From Squalus acanthias (Eukaryota), in NCBI GenBank assembly GCA_030390025.1, contig CM059431.1, forward strand, positions 114,454,001-114,518,000: DNA of 64,000 nucleotides, in the 5' to 3' direction. Shown piece after piece: positions 52,986-63,493 of this stretch (its first letter is position 1; each line of letters starts with the position of its first letter). The notes under the pieces are model-generated. The model had not been told where the DNA came from. It saw only the letters and a program-made list of their open reading frames with translations, and ran no database searches. Both the position numbers and the translations under genes were made by a program.

Positions 52986-53987
52986 GTGTAGATTCGAAGT
53001 ACTCAATGCACAAATATATAAATAAGTTGATCTATGTCTGACTTTCAGCTTTAACGTCAACAACAGGATTTAGCAAATGTTTTTGCTCTTGAATATTCAA
53101 AACTAGTTTGCCATTCAGAAAATTTATCACCCTGCAAAAGGCTTTTGGGAAATGTAAAGGCTGGACATTTGTGTGTGTTTGTATATGTATATTATATATA
53201 AAATGCATTTGCACCATGATAAGTTGCATATATATTTAACAATATAAAGCAAAAGGGTGGTATCATTGTATATTTTTATTATGGTGTAGGAAGAGTATTT
53301 TTCTTTACAAAAGCAGTATTTTTCTTTATATTGTTAAATATAGATGTAACTTATTGCCCATGGTGTAACCATCTCTTTGAAAATATTAAAGCTTAATCCT
53401 GTGTTGTATTTTGACTCCTTAACATATCTAAGTAAAATTATTTTGTTAAATCATATTAACCTTCTTTTACACATTTTGCTTAGTTTTTATAAAAATTAAG
53501 GGCTTGTTCTGAATAATTTTATATTTCAAGTACACATAGCTGTCTTTTTTTTTTAAATGGCATCTAATTTTGCAGAAAAATTGGCAAATTGATGTCAAAC
53601 TAACGTATGCAGATATTATACCCTGATAAATACAATAAAGGGCAAGGTAGAAAAGTATGGAGCAGAACTGATGTTTTTGGTGGGTGATCAATAATAATAG
53701 GGTCAATATATTATAATTTTTATTTGACTGACTTCTAACTATAAGTTTTGAATTCTATCATCTCTCATTTCATCACAGACAGTTTGCACTTTCTCATAGC
53801 TGATAAAAATGATTTAATGAAAGCCATAAACCTAAAGATTGGTTATAAAGTCCCTTGTAAAGAAAATTACGCTTCTAGGATCTTCTGCACAGATGTGGTG
53901 CTCATTTACGGAAATGGGTGTGGGATTTAACAAATTGTTCTACAAATGCGCAGTCTCCTGAATTATTGTCCATTTTGGTACTCTTAG

Positions 53988-54074
53988 GCAAATGATGGGA
54001 CATTAGTGTTTCAAACTGTTCAGATTGCCTTGGCGTATTACTGTATGAGACAGCTGGTTCATTGCTCCCTATAA
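53988..54074 (+). CDS. Candidate terminal coding exon (ANDGTLVFQTVQIALAYYCMRQLVHCSL*)
   Basis: Acceptor TCCATTTTGGTACTCTTAG; only phase 0 stays open, fitting 31761-31788; no homology recognised. Confidence 0.2.
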   Translation, partial: ANDGTLVFQTVQIALAYYCMRQLVHCSL

Positions 54075-54297
54075 ATGTGACACTGAAGTTAACAACTGCA
54101 GCTGCACAGTACAAGGTTCCCCGATGAAATCCCAGCATTGCTGAGTCAGTACTGGATGACCAACACAAAGTGCACAGCAATGATGTATTGGAAGTTCAGT
54201 TAAAAAACTATATGCAGTATTAAATTGTTCAATACACACCCAGCTCATATTTCCTAAAGGAAAGTGGGGGGCTAAGCCAATCAGTTATTGTCTCAAC

Positions 54298-55135
54298 AGA
54301 GAGTACAAAAGCAAGGAAGTTATGATGAACCTTTATAAATTACTGGTTAGGCCCCAGCTGGAGTATTGTGTCCAATTCTGGGCACCACGCTTTAGGAAGG
54401 ATGTCAGGCCCCTTGGAGAGGAAATTCACTGGAACGATACAAAAGCAAAATACTGCGGATGCTGGAAATCTGAAATAAAAACAGAAAATGCTGGAAATAC
54501 TCAGCAGGTCAGGCAGCATCTGTAGAGAGAGAAACAGTGTTAACGTTTCAGGTTGATGACCCTTCGTCAGAACGCTCTGACGAAGGGTCATCGACTTGAA
54601 ATGTTAACACTGTTTCTCGCTCTACAGATGCTGCCTGACCTGCCGAGTATTTCCAGCATTTTTGGTTTTTATTTCACTAGAATTATACCAGGGATGAGGG
54701 ACTTCAGTTATGTGGAGAGACTAGAGAAGCTGGGATTGTTCTCCTTAGAGTAAAGAAGGTTAAAGGGAGTTTTAATAGAGGTGTTCAAAATTATGAAGGG
54801 TTTTGTTAGAGTAAATAAGGATAAACTATTTCCACTGGTGGGAGGGTCAGTAACCAGAGGACACAGATTTAAAATAATTGTCAAAAGAACCAGAGGAGAG
54901 ATGAGGAGAATTTTTTTATGTAGCGAGTTGTTATGATCTGGAATGCGCTGCCTGAAAGGATTGTGGAGGCAGATTCAATAGTAACTTTCAAAAGGGAATT
55001 AGTTATATACTTGGAAAGGAAACATTTGCAGAGCAATGGGGAAAAAGTGGGGAGTGGGAAGAATTGGATAGCTATTTCAAAGAGCCAGCACAGGCACGAT
55101 GGGCTGAATGGCCTCCTTCTGTGCTGTAAGATTCT
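54298..55135 (+). mobile_element. CR1 LINE 3' fragment interrupted by a Penelope-like insertion
   Basis: LYKLLVRPQLEYCVQFWAP… resumes as IPGMRDFSYVERLEKLGLFSLE after 54676. Confidence 0.9.
54441..54676 (-). mobile_element. Penelope-like fold-back inverted repeat with hammerhead-like motifs and TSD
   Basis: 101-bp imperfect arms 54471-54571 / 54576-54676, 4-nt spacer, unique tail 54441-54470; flanking repeat TTCACTGGAACGATAC / TTCACTAGAATTATAC. Confidence 0.78.
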
Positions 55136-55333
55136 GCAAACTGTCTCCACAAGAAAATAGTTCCAGCAAAACAATTTTAATAAATTGTACTGCAAATATG
55201 CTTAGCTCAGTTACGAAAAACAAAAAACATGTCCTGTTGTATTATGGAGCTTACTGCTTAATAACTTGTTCTAATCCCTTATCCAGCTCACCTTACTCTT
55301 TTATTTTGGAATTAACCAATTTAGAGAGTCCTT

Positions 55334-55494
55334 GGGGTAGATTTTCAACTTGCGGCTGAACCGTAAAGCTGGTGTTGTGAATTGGCTGCCCGTTATAGAA
55401 GCGGTTTGGAAATGAGAATCGGGCAGTTTCTATAATGAGCAGCCAATCCACAACGCCAGATTAATACCTCAGCTGCAAGTTGTAAATCTACCTC
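55334..55494. mobile_element. Palindromic MITE
   Basis: TIRs GGGGTAGATTTTCAACTTGCGGCTGA / TCAGCTGCAAGTTGTAAATCTACCTC. Confidence 0.8.
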
Positions 55495-55772
55495 CCTAAC
55501 TCTCAGAAGAAGAAGTACTTTTGAAGGAAGAATCAGAATCAATCTCTCCTAAGCAGTAGGCAGGCACATTTCTCTTTCCTTTCTATACTACATCAATTTA
55601 GGCTGGCCGAGGCCCAAGCACTATCTCCAGGCCCCAACATATCCACTGGTATTGAGCGCACAACACAAAATTATCACTGACTGAGGTCTCAACAAATTAC
55701 CACTTCTGATGCATGCATCCCTTAATAGGTAGTTGGGCTGCAGAACCCCTTGGAATGACTAGAACCACTTCA

Positions 55773-56431
55773 GGGGTAAAGTTTCCACTAGGTTGTGCTG
55801 CTTCCAGTGCAATACACCCAAAATCGGCCAAACCAGCGCAAAAGATCGAGGAATTTCAAGTTACGTCCAGCTTTTGCGCTGGTATAAAAAAAATCGCACT
55901 GGAAGACAGCCCCGCTCACAAACCTGCCCATGCATGCCCCCAGATCGAATTAATTACCATCGCTAGTTTCCGCTAATTGCGACCATTTGCGGCCTTTCAA
56001 GGAGGCTCTAAAAGTTAAGCTTTTTTTTAGGCACCATTTAAAAGCTTTTAAATATTAAAATAATATTTAATTTGCTAAGAAACTGACTACTGTAGAGCAA
56101 TGAAAGTAGTAAATGGTTCTGAATAGTTTTTTTAAGTTATTTTCAGGTGGTGGCATAGACACTCTTATTAAAAATGCTCATATTTTGTGTTAAACGCATT
56201 TTCAGCTGTATTAATCGAGGAATATTTTCTAGTGCAACGAAAAAAAATAAACGATTACGCTCTAAACCACTGCCCGATTGCACTGGTTCACAGAAGATTT
56301 TAGGTTTGTGATTATGCAAATGAGTTTGAGCGGAAACCTGAACCGTAACTTCACTTCAGAAAACTAGCGCAATTTTGAGTACAATTTGGGCCCAGATTGC
56401 CGATTGCGCCCAAAGTGGAAATGCTTGGCCC
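55773..56431. mobile_element. GG-ended MITE (family of 27750-28456)
   Basis: Shares AATCGGCC.AACCAGCGCAAAAGATCG and ATTATGCAAATGA…GGAAAC.TGAAC with 27750-28456. Confidence 0.75.
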
Positions 56432-56609
56432 AGAGGCCTAGCACGTATGTGTGGTGTCTTTCCTTAACATTTCCAGATTCTGCAGTAATATTACTGCGCA
56501 GTTACTGCTTTTAATGGTTTGCTAATTACTTTGGCATTAACAGTTCTTTTGGTGTAATTACTGCAAGGTGTCATAGTTGAAGCTGAGGTGAGATGCCAAC
56601 TCTATAATA

Positions 56610-57735
56610 TAGTTTCCATCACAAAGACCACACACTTCCATCTCTGTAACATCGCCCACCTCTGCCCCTGCATCTGCTGCTGAAACTCTCATCTGTGCTT
56701 TTGTCACCTCCAGACTTGACTATCCCAATGCTCTACTGGCCGGTCTGCCATCCTCCACCCTCTATAAACTTCAGTTCATCCAAAACTCTGCTGCCCGTAG
56801 TCTATCCTACATCAAGTCCCATTCACCCATCATTTCTGTCCTCACTGACCTACATTGGTTCCCAGTCCCCTAACACCTCCAATTTAACTCTCATCCATGG
56901 GTTTAAATCCTCCTTATCTTTGTAACCTTCTCCAGCCCTGCAACTCCACCCACAAGCTCTCTGTTCCACTAACCTCTTGCCTATCCCCACCCCTCTTTGC
57001 CCAACTATTGGTAACCATGTCTTCAGCTGACTAGGCCCCATGCGCTGAAATTCTCTGCCTAAACCCCTCTGACTCTCCACAACCCTCTCCAAAAGAAAGA
57101 AACACTTGCATTTATATAGCGCCTTTCACGGCCACCGAATGTCCCAAAGCACTTTACAACCAATGAAGTACTTTTTGAAGTCACTGTTGTAATGTAGGAA
57201 ACGCGGCAGCCAATTTGCACACAGCAAGCTCCCACAAACAACAATATGATAATGACCAGATAATCTGCTTCAGAGATGTTCGTTGAGGGATAAATATTGG
57301 CCCGGACACCAGGGAAAACTCCCCTGCTCTTCTTCGAAATAGTGACATGGGATCTTTTATGTCCACATGAAAGGGCCTTGGTTAAACATCTCATCCAAAA
57401 GACAGCACCTCTGCTAGTGAAGCACTCACTCAGTACTGCACTGGAGTGTCAGCCTAGATTTTTGCACTCAAGTCCTGGAGTAGGACTATGAACCCACAAC
57501 CTTCTGACTCAGAGGCGAGGGTGCTACCAACTGAGCCACTGACTGATACTTGAGCCACTGACTGACACCTATTAAGACCCTCATCAAAACCCAACCTCTT
57601 TGACCAAGCTTTTAGCTACCCCTCTTAATATTTTCTTCTTTGACTCGGTGTACATTTCTTGATCACGCCTCTGGGAGGCACCTTGGAACATTTATCCATA
57701 TTAAAGGTGCCATATAAATGCTAGTTTTTTTTGTT
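56610..57735 (+). mobile_element. L2-clade LINE 3' fragment interrupted by a SINE
   Basis: AFVTSRLDY.NALLAGLP…LQFIQNSAAR-type remnant; the 3' end resumes after 57570. Confidence 0.82.
57092..57548 (-). mobile_element. SacSINE1-like DeuSINE nested in L2
   Basis: Full head, core and tail. Confidence 0.87.
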
Positions 57736-57868
57736 ACTGTTGCAATTTCATAGAATTACAGAAATTGCAGCAAAGAAGGTGAGAGCCCTGACCAATTTTC
57801 ATGGTCAAGCCTCATTGTCATTCCGTCAGCAAGCTGCTTGCAAATTTGGAGTAGCTCGCCAATTAGAA

Positions 57869-58385
57869 GGGGTGGAAATTTGCCAGCTCCACTGCCAAGT
57901 CCAGCCAGGGCTGGTAAGTAAAGGGGGAGGGGGTAAGGGATATCAAGTGAGGGCTGCAGAGGGTGAGGTATCGGGGGGGTTGATTTTTTTCTGAGGTCAG
58001 TAGTAGCATTAATGCTCCTGCTGACCCCACAAAAATCATTTAGAAACCTGTTTTTTTTTAAACTTTTTTGGAACGGTCCCTTTAAAGACCACTGGTTAGG
58101 CTTCTTAGCGTCATGTACCAATGAGTAGAGTGGGCGTGCTCACGCTCCAACCATTGGTACATCAAAATTGTATTGGGGGTCCTATTGAGGTCATAGCACC
58201 CCAATCTGCATGGGCTAAGGAGGCTCATGCCTGTTTTTGGTCGGCGCCTGGGCCGTATATATCAAACCCGAATCAAAATGGTGATTACCAGACGTCAGCG
58301 GGAATGAAGCAGTAAGTGCTGCGCTGCTATTTTACTAGTGCTACCTCCCTGTTCTTGGCCAGCAGAGGAGTTGAACGTTGGACTT
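57869..58385. mobile_element. Probable old GG-ended MITE
   Basis: Starts GGGGTGGAAATT like 28817; internal GCTCCTGCTGACCCCACAAAA motif shared with 58850 and 650-680; right end unclear. Confidence 0.45.
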
Positions 58386-58565
58386 GAAATGCTGGAAATG
58401 CGGAGCTGGTCTCTGAACAGATAAAGATAGCTAAGGGTGTTCAATTAGTTTTAGGGGTCCACAATTTAATGTTACACCCTAAATTACTCATTCTTCACCT
58501 TTGTACAATGACAGCAACTTGCATTTATATGGCGCCTTTAACGTTGTATAAGGACAGACGTAATA

Positions 58566-59149
58566 GGACCGACTTTTGTCCTTGTTTTCAGACGGGAACA
58601 GGGTGTTAGCACGAGGAAAATTGGAGTGCAGAACTTACTGTCCCATTCCTACTGACATCCAAGCCGCCGCCATCTTGGTTGGGGTTCTTGAGACAGGTGG
58701 CTCAAGTGCTTGCTGAAAATACAAGGGGTGGGATCCACATTAACCCAAGTAAATTGGGGTCCTATTGCCCATGCTCTGGCCATTGGTGCTCTTGTGTTGA
58801 ACGGCAATAGGTAAGTCAAACTTTTAAAATGATATTTGTGGCATCAGGAGGCTCCTGTTGACTCCACAAAACATCAACCCCATGATTGCCGACCCACTGC
58901 AACCCTCCTCCGGGATCGCTCCCCCACATCTCCCCCAACCTACCTGCACCGTCCACATGGGAACCATTGGATTTTCAGCCCTCTCCAATCGGCAAGCTGC
59001 TAGAAATGCGCAACCAGGTCGGAAATAGTATGGAAATGAGGCCTAGCTATAAAAATGAGTTGGGCCTCAGACTGATTCCGTTGGGTAGGGGGCAGACTCG
59101 CACCGCCCACCTCCGACCCAATGGAATCGGACTCATGAAATTCTTCCCC
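58566..59149. mobile_element. Probable old GG-ended MITE
   Basis: Ends GAAATTCTTCCCC; GC-rich; shared internal motif GGAGGCTCCTGTTGACTCCACAAAA. Confidence 0.45.
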
Positions 59150-59616
59150 ATTGTTTATTTTAAAACTTAGTGCCGTCGTTCAACTTTATTATTTTTTTGC
59201 ATTATGAACTGATGGCATAACCACTACTTTAAAGTCAAGAGATGAAATTTAGCTCTTTTAATTAGTAAGGTGTCAGGGTCAGACTCATCAAATTGGGCAG
59301 TATATCAAAAACTCTCATATCACTTCATTTTCTACCATAATTTTGCCATAAAATAATGCAGAGTAAATTTTGCAACGGTAACCATCTTAAATGATAAAAC
59401 TGCAAAGCATCAACTTTGACAAATACTTGGGCGGCAAGAAGACTTTTACTTGCGCCAAGCAGCATGGTCTTCTAGATCTCTCGAGGCTCTGGACTTCTCC
59501 CTCATATCAAGATTTCATGTAAGGTAGATAATGGAAGATAAGTAGCTCCTTTAAACAGATCAAGGGTCTAGCTGCCCGAAAATATTTGAAGTCATTCTAC
59601 ATTGACTCCATTCTAT

Positions 59617-60075
59617 ATCATAGAATGGTTACAGCACGGAAGAAGGCCATTCGGCTGGTCGAGCCCGTGCCGACTCTCAGCTAGTCCCACTCCCCTGCCC
59701 TTTCCCCGTAGCCCTGCAATTTTTTTTCCTTCAGATACTTATCCAACTCCCTTTTGAAAGACAAGATTGAGTCTGCCTCCACCACCGTTTCAGGCAGTGC
59801 ATTCCAGATCATAACCACTCGCTGTGTAAAAAAGTTTTTTCTTACGTCGCCTTTGGTTCTTTAGCCAATCACCTTAAATCTGTGTCCTCTGGTTCTCGAC
59901 CCTTCTGCCAATGGGAATGGTTCCTCTCTATCTACTCTGTCCAGACCTCTCATGATTTTGAACACCTCTATCAAATCTCCTCTCAATCTTCTCTGCTCCA
60001 AGGAGAACAACCCCAGCTTCTCCAGTCTATCAACATAACTGAAGTCCCTCATTCCTGGAATCATTCTCGTAAATC
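59617..60075 (-). mobile_element. CR1 LINE 3' part (partner of 63494-64000)
   Basis: IPGMRDFSYVDRLEKLGLFSLEQRRLRGDLIEVFKIM… and CR1 tail. Confidence 0.92.
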
Positions 60076-60949
60076 TTACCAGTGGCCGTCAAAGTCACCA
60101 CCGCACTCAACTTTTTTGCCTCAGGCTCATTCCAGGAATCAGCAGCAGACATCAGCGGCATCTCCCAGGCGGCCGCACACACCTGCATCATGCAGGTAAC
60201 CGATGCCCTCTTTGCCATCGCGCACAATCACATCCATTTCACCAAGGATCGAGCAAGTGTCACGGCGCGTGCGGTTAGATTAGCTAATCTGGCAGGCTTT
60301 CCAAGGGTGCAGGGTGTCGTTGACTGCACACATGTGGCCCTTAAGGCACCCCATCGCAATCCAGGTATTTTTGTCAACCACAAGGGCTTCTACTCCCTCA
60401 ACATTTAGCTGGTGTGTGACCACAAGAAGGAAGTTTTGCATGTTTGTGCCAAGTACCCTGGCAGTTGCCATGACTCCTTCATACTGCGCCAGTCTAGTGT
60501 GCTTCCGCTATTCAGTCCGCCAGACCAACTTAACGGATGGCTACTTGGAGACAAGGGCTATCCCCTGAAGACGTGGCTAATGACGCCATTGAGGAGCCCA
60601 TCCAACGCAGCTGAGGAGAGCTACAACTCCAGCCACATTTCCACCAGAGCCATAATCGAGCAAACCATTGGTATGCTGAAGATGCCTGGATAAATCAGGT
60701 GGAGCCCTGCAATACTCAGCAGCCAGGGTCTCCAGAATCGTCGTGGTTTGCTGTGCACTTCACAACATGGCACAGCGTCGTGGCTTGCAGATGCCGGAGG
60801 ACCAAGTGGCTCCTCACATATCCTCCTCAGGTGAGGAGGAGAGAGAGAACGAACATCATGCAGAGGCCCATCAACCAGCGGCAGCATTACGCGAGACCAT
60901 AACTGCCCGGAATGCAAGGAACGCACTCATCTTGGCCAGATTTGCTTAG
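60076..60949 (+). pseudogene. Harbinger (HARBI1-like, DDE_Tnp_4-type) transposase, 5'-truncated and disrupted
   Basis: ALNFFASGSFQ…GFPRVQGVVDCTHV…NHKGFYSLNI*LVCD…YPGSCHDS…[11 protein letters not shown]…[21 protein letters not shown]…CCALHN; stop at 60406, frameshift near 60684. Confidence 0.93.
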
Positions 60950-61199
60950 CCTAGACAATCAAGCACTTTTGCCTCGCAGCTTCTTACCAGAGCTTCGACA
61001 ATGGCCAAGAACCAGCGGATCCCTAACAATTTGACCACCATACTGACAATTGCAAGTTATCCTAAGGCCTCATTGTGGAAGTCCCATTAGCGAAATGACA
61101 GACGCCACAACTGCAGCTGTAGCCATCAGAGTTTTTATTTACACTTAACATCTGATGGCTTTTTTACATTAAACATTAAATTTCATCCACGTGACTACC

Positions 61200-63213
61200 C
61201 TTGTGACTATTTGTGCAGTATCTTTCTCTTACGCGTGCTCCTACGTGGTGCTTCCCCTGTGTCTTCAGCCGAGGTGGAGGACCCCTGCTCAGTTTGTTGC
61301 TGCTCCTGTCTTGACACCTTTGGCGGGCATCCTCTGGGGTTGTGAACCTGTGAGGACTCGCCAACAGCTGCTGCTCCTGCGGCTGTGCAGGTGTTGAGAC
61401 GCCGAGCTCAGTTGGGTGCGGACTCTGGTGGGGCTCTGACCCAGGACTTGTCAGTGGCATGGAAGTGTGAGCTCTTGGAGAGGAGCCCCCACCTCCTTGT
61501 TCTCTGCCACCATCATCCCTCTCATGGGTCAGGTCCACCTCAGCGCTTGCAAGTGGATTGAGAGCACCCTGCTGCACATCAGGGGGGCCATGGGGACCCG
61601 TATCTGCACTGGAAGTCCTACTCAGAAGGACTTCCATGAAGGTCTGGTTTCTGTGTTCAATAGATGACTATCGCTCCTCCAGAGATGTCATTCTATTCTG
61701 AACACTCACCATGTTTTCTGCACTCTGGCGACTTATCTCCTCCATGGCCGCAGCCATCCTCTCGTCTACTGTAGCCATCCTTTCGACGGAGGTTGCCATC
61801 ATTTGCACGGAGGTTGCCATCATTTGCACGGATGTTGCCATCCTTTCCGTGGTGATGCGTTCATGCGCCAATGACTCCACAAAGGCTCTGCTCATGTTCT
61901 CAATGGACTCCTCCATTCGCTCAACACTCGCAGCGACGCTGGAGACAAAACCTACCAGAGACTCCTGCATCTGTTCCTGGAGTTCCAGCACCGCTGATCT
62001 TGTGGATGGACCCAGAGGCAGAGGGTCGACATGCAGCTGAGCCGAGCTGGCAGAGTCCTGTGCCCTCCGGCTAGGACTCTCCACTGCTGTCCCTGTCTCC
62101 ACCATCTGCTGATGCTCACTTGTGAGCTGTGATACACCAGGTGACAACACTACTCTATGTCCCGAGGGTCCCACCGAGGTGTGAGTCTCTGCACTGGTGC
62201 TGGGTGCGCTGAATTCTGCTGACGGAGCGCCCTCAGAGGTTGCAGCTTCCTCTGAGGAGTCTGGATGCTCAGGCTCTTCCTCCTGGCTAGTGGAGACGGG
62301 TGCTTGCGATGGTCCTGTGGGGGAGTAAAGGAAAGAGTCAGAGATATGATGCCAAGGTTACATGCACATTGCATATTGCAGATGATCATAAATCCATCTG
62401 TTAGAGCTTCAGATTCATTATCAGCGACTCATGCAATGTCAATGAGAGAGATGGAACACTATTCTGTCACCAGCTTGCTGTGATGCACCCGTCGGTCCGT
62501 CCCCCACTTGCGTATCCTCCTCCACTCCTACGATCTCCAGGACCGCATCCTCCCAGGGAGTGAGCTGGGCTAATGAAGGTGGCCCTCCTCCTGTCCTGGC
62601 TCTTTCCGTTTTATTGTGAGCTCTCTTTTCCTGCAATGAGGGAGACAAGTGGAGTTTGAGTGAGATTGAAGGAGTGAGTGTAGAGAATCCATAGCATAGA
62701 TGCTTAGAAGGAGACAAAGATGGAGTGAGGTGGCAAGACCAAGGGCCCTCCCTGTGTGTTGTAAGTTGTTTTCATAGCATGACAGTGATAGGGAGTGTGA
62801 GGGCTGCATAGTCGAATAGTAAGGTGAATGTGACCATAGAGGGAGAGGGAATGGGTAAGGGTGCATGGATGTCAGTGTCAAGTGGGATATGGAGGAAGAG
62901 GTTGCTAAAGCTGAGTGCTGGTGAGGAGAGGCAATGGGGATCAGATTGAGGGTGAAGGGAAAGTCATACTCACTTTTGCAGTGCGTAGAAGGTCATGAAA
63001 CCTCTTCCTGCACTGAAGCCAGGTTCTGCGGGTTATGGACAAAGAGTTGACCTCCTGGGCGACCTGGACCCACACAGCCTTGGTCTGCTGGGGAGGCTTC
63101 TTCCTCCCTGAGGAAGGGAAGAGCACCTCTTTGTTGGCTCTTGCTCCCTCCACTAAAGCTTGCAGGGCAACGTCATCGAACCTGGGAGCAGACCTGGGTC
63201 TTTGGCTGGCCAT
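61200..63213 (-). pseudogene. Harbinger Myb/SANT-like accessory gene, 3 exons, copy B
   Basis: Exons 63213-62974 (240 nt, AAA|GTGAGT), 62630-62471 (160 nt) and 62314-~61200; phases 0 and 1 join in frame; premature TAG at 61668 (TGG in copy A) and a 1-nt deletion near 61367. Confidence 0.88.
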
Positions 63214-63493
63214 TCCTCCTGCAGTTGCCTCTAAGATACAAGTCCAAAAGGTTGGCAGTCTGCAGAAGAAGCAAGGCTTGTTGCAGACCTTAAATGCAGC
63301 AGCAATGATGATGTCATCAGAGGCGACTTTCAGACTGGAATAACTCATTGGCCATGGGTTCCCACACGTTGGAACTCAATTGGCCAATTAAGTTAAAATC
63401 GCATCATTCTCCCACATCGATCTAGATTCGGGTGGGCAACACGAAAAGCGGATAACACGACCCCAACCCACCCTTAGTATCAAAATCCAGCCC

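Larger units (their letters stand above)
60076..63493. mobile_element. PIF/Harbinger transposon, copy B (left end lost), nested in CR1
   Basis: Transposase on +, Myb gene on -, right TIR CAAAATCCAGCCC identical to copy A's. Confidence 0.92.

Noticed and set aside
60076..60949. Domesticated HARBI1 gene
   Set aside because: 5'-truncated, with a stop and a frameshift, next to a TIR and Myb gene and nested in CR1.
62941..63348. Host NAIF1/MSANTD-type gene
   Set aside because: Multi-copy in the window, bounded by TIRs and disrupted downstream.
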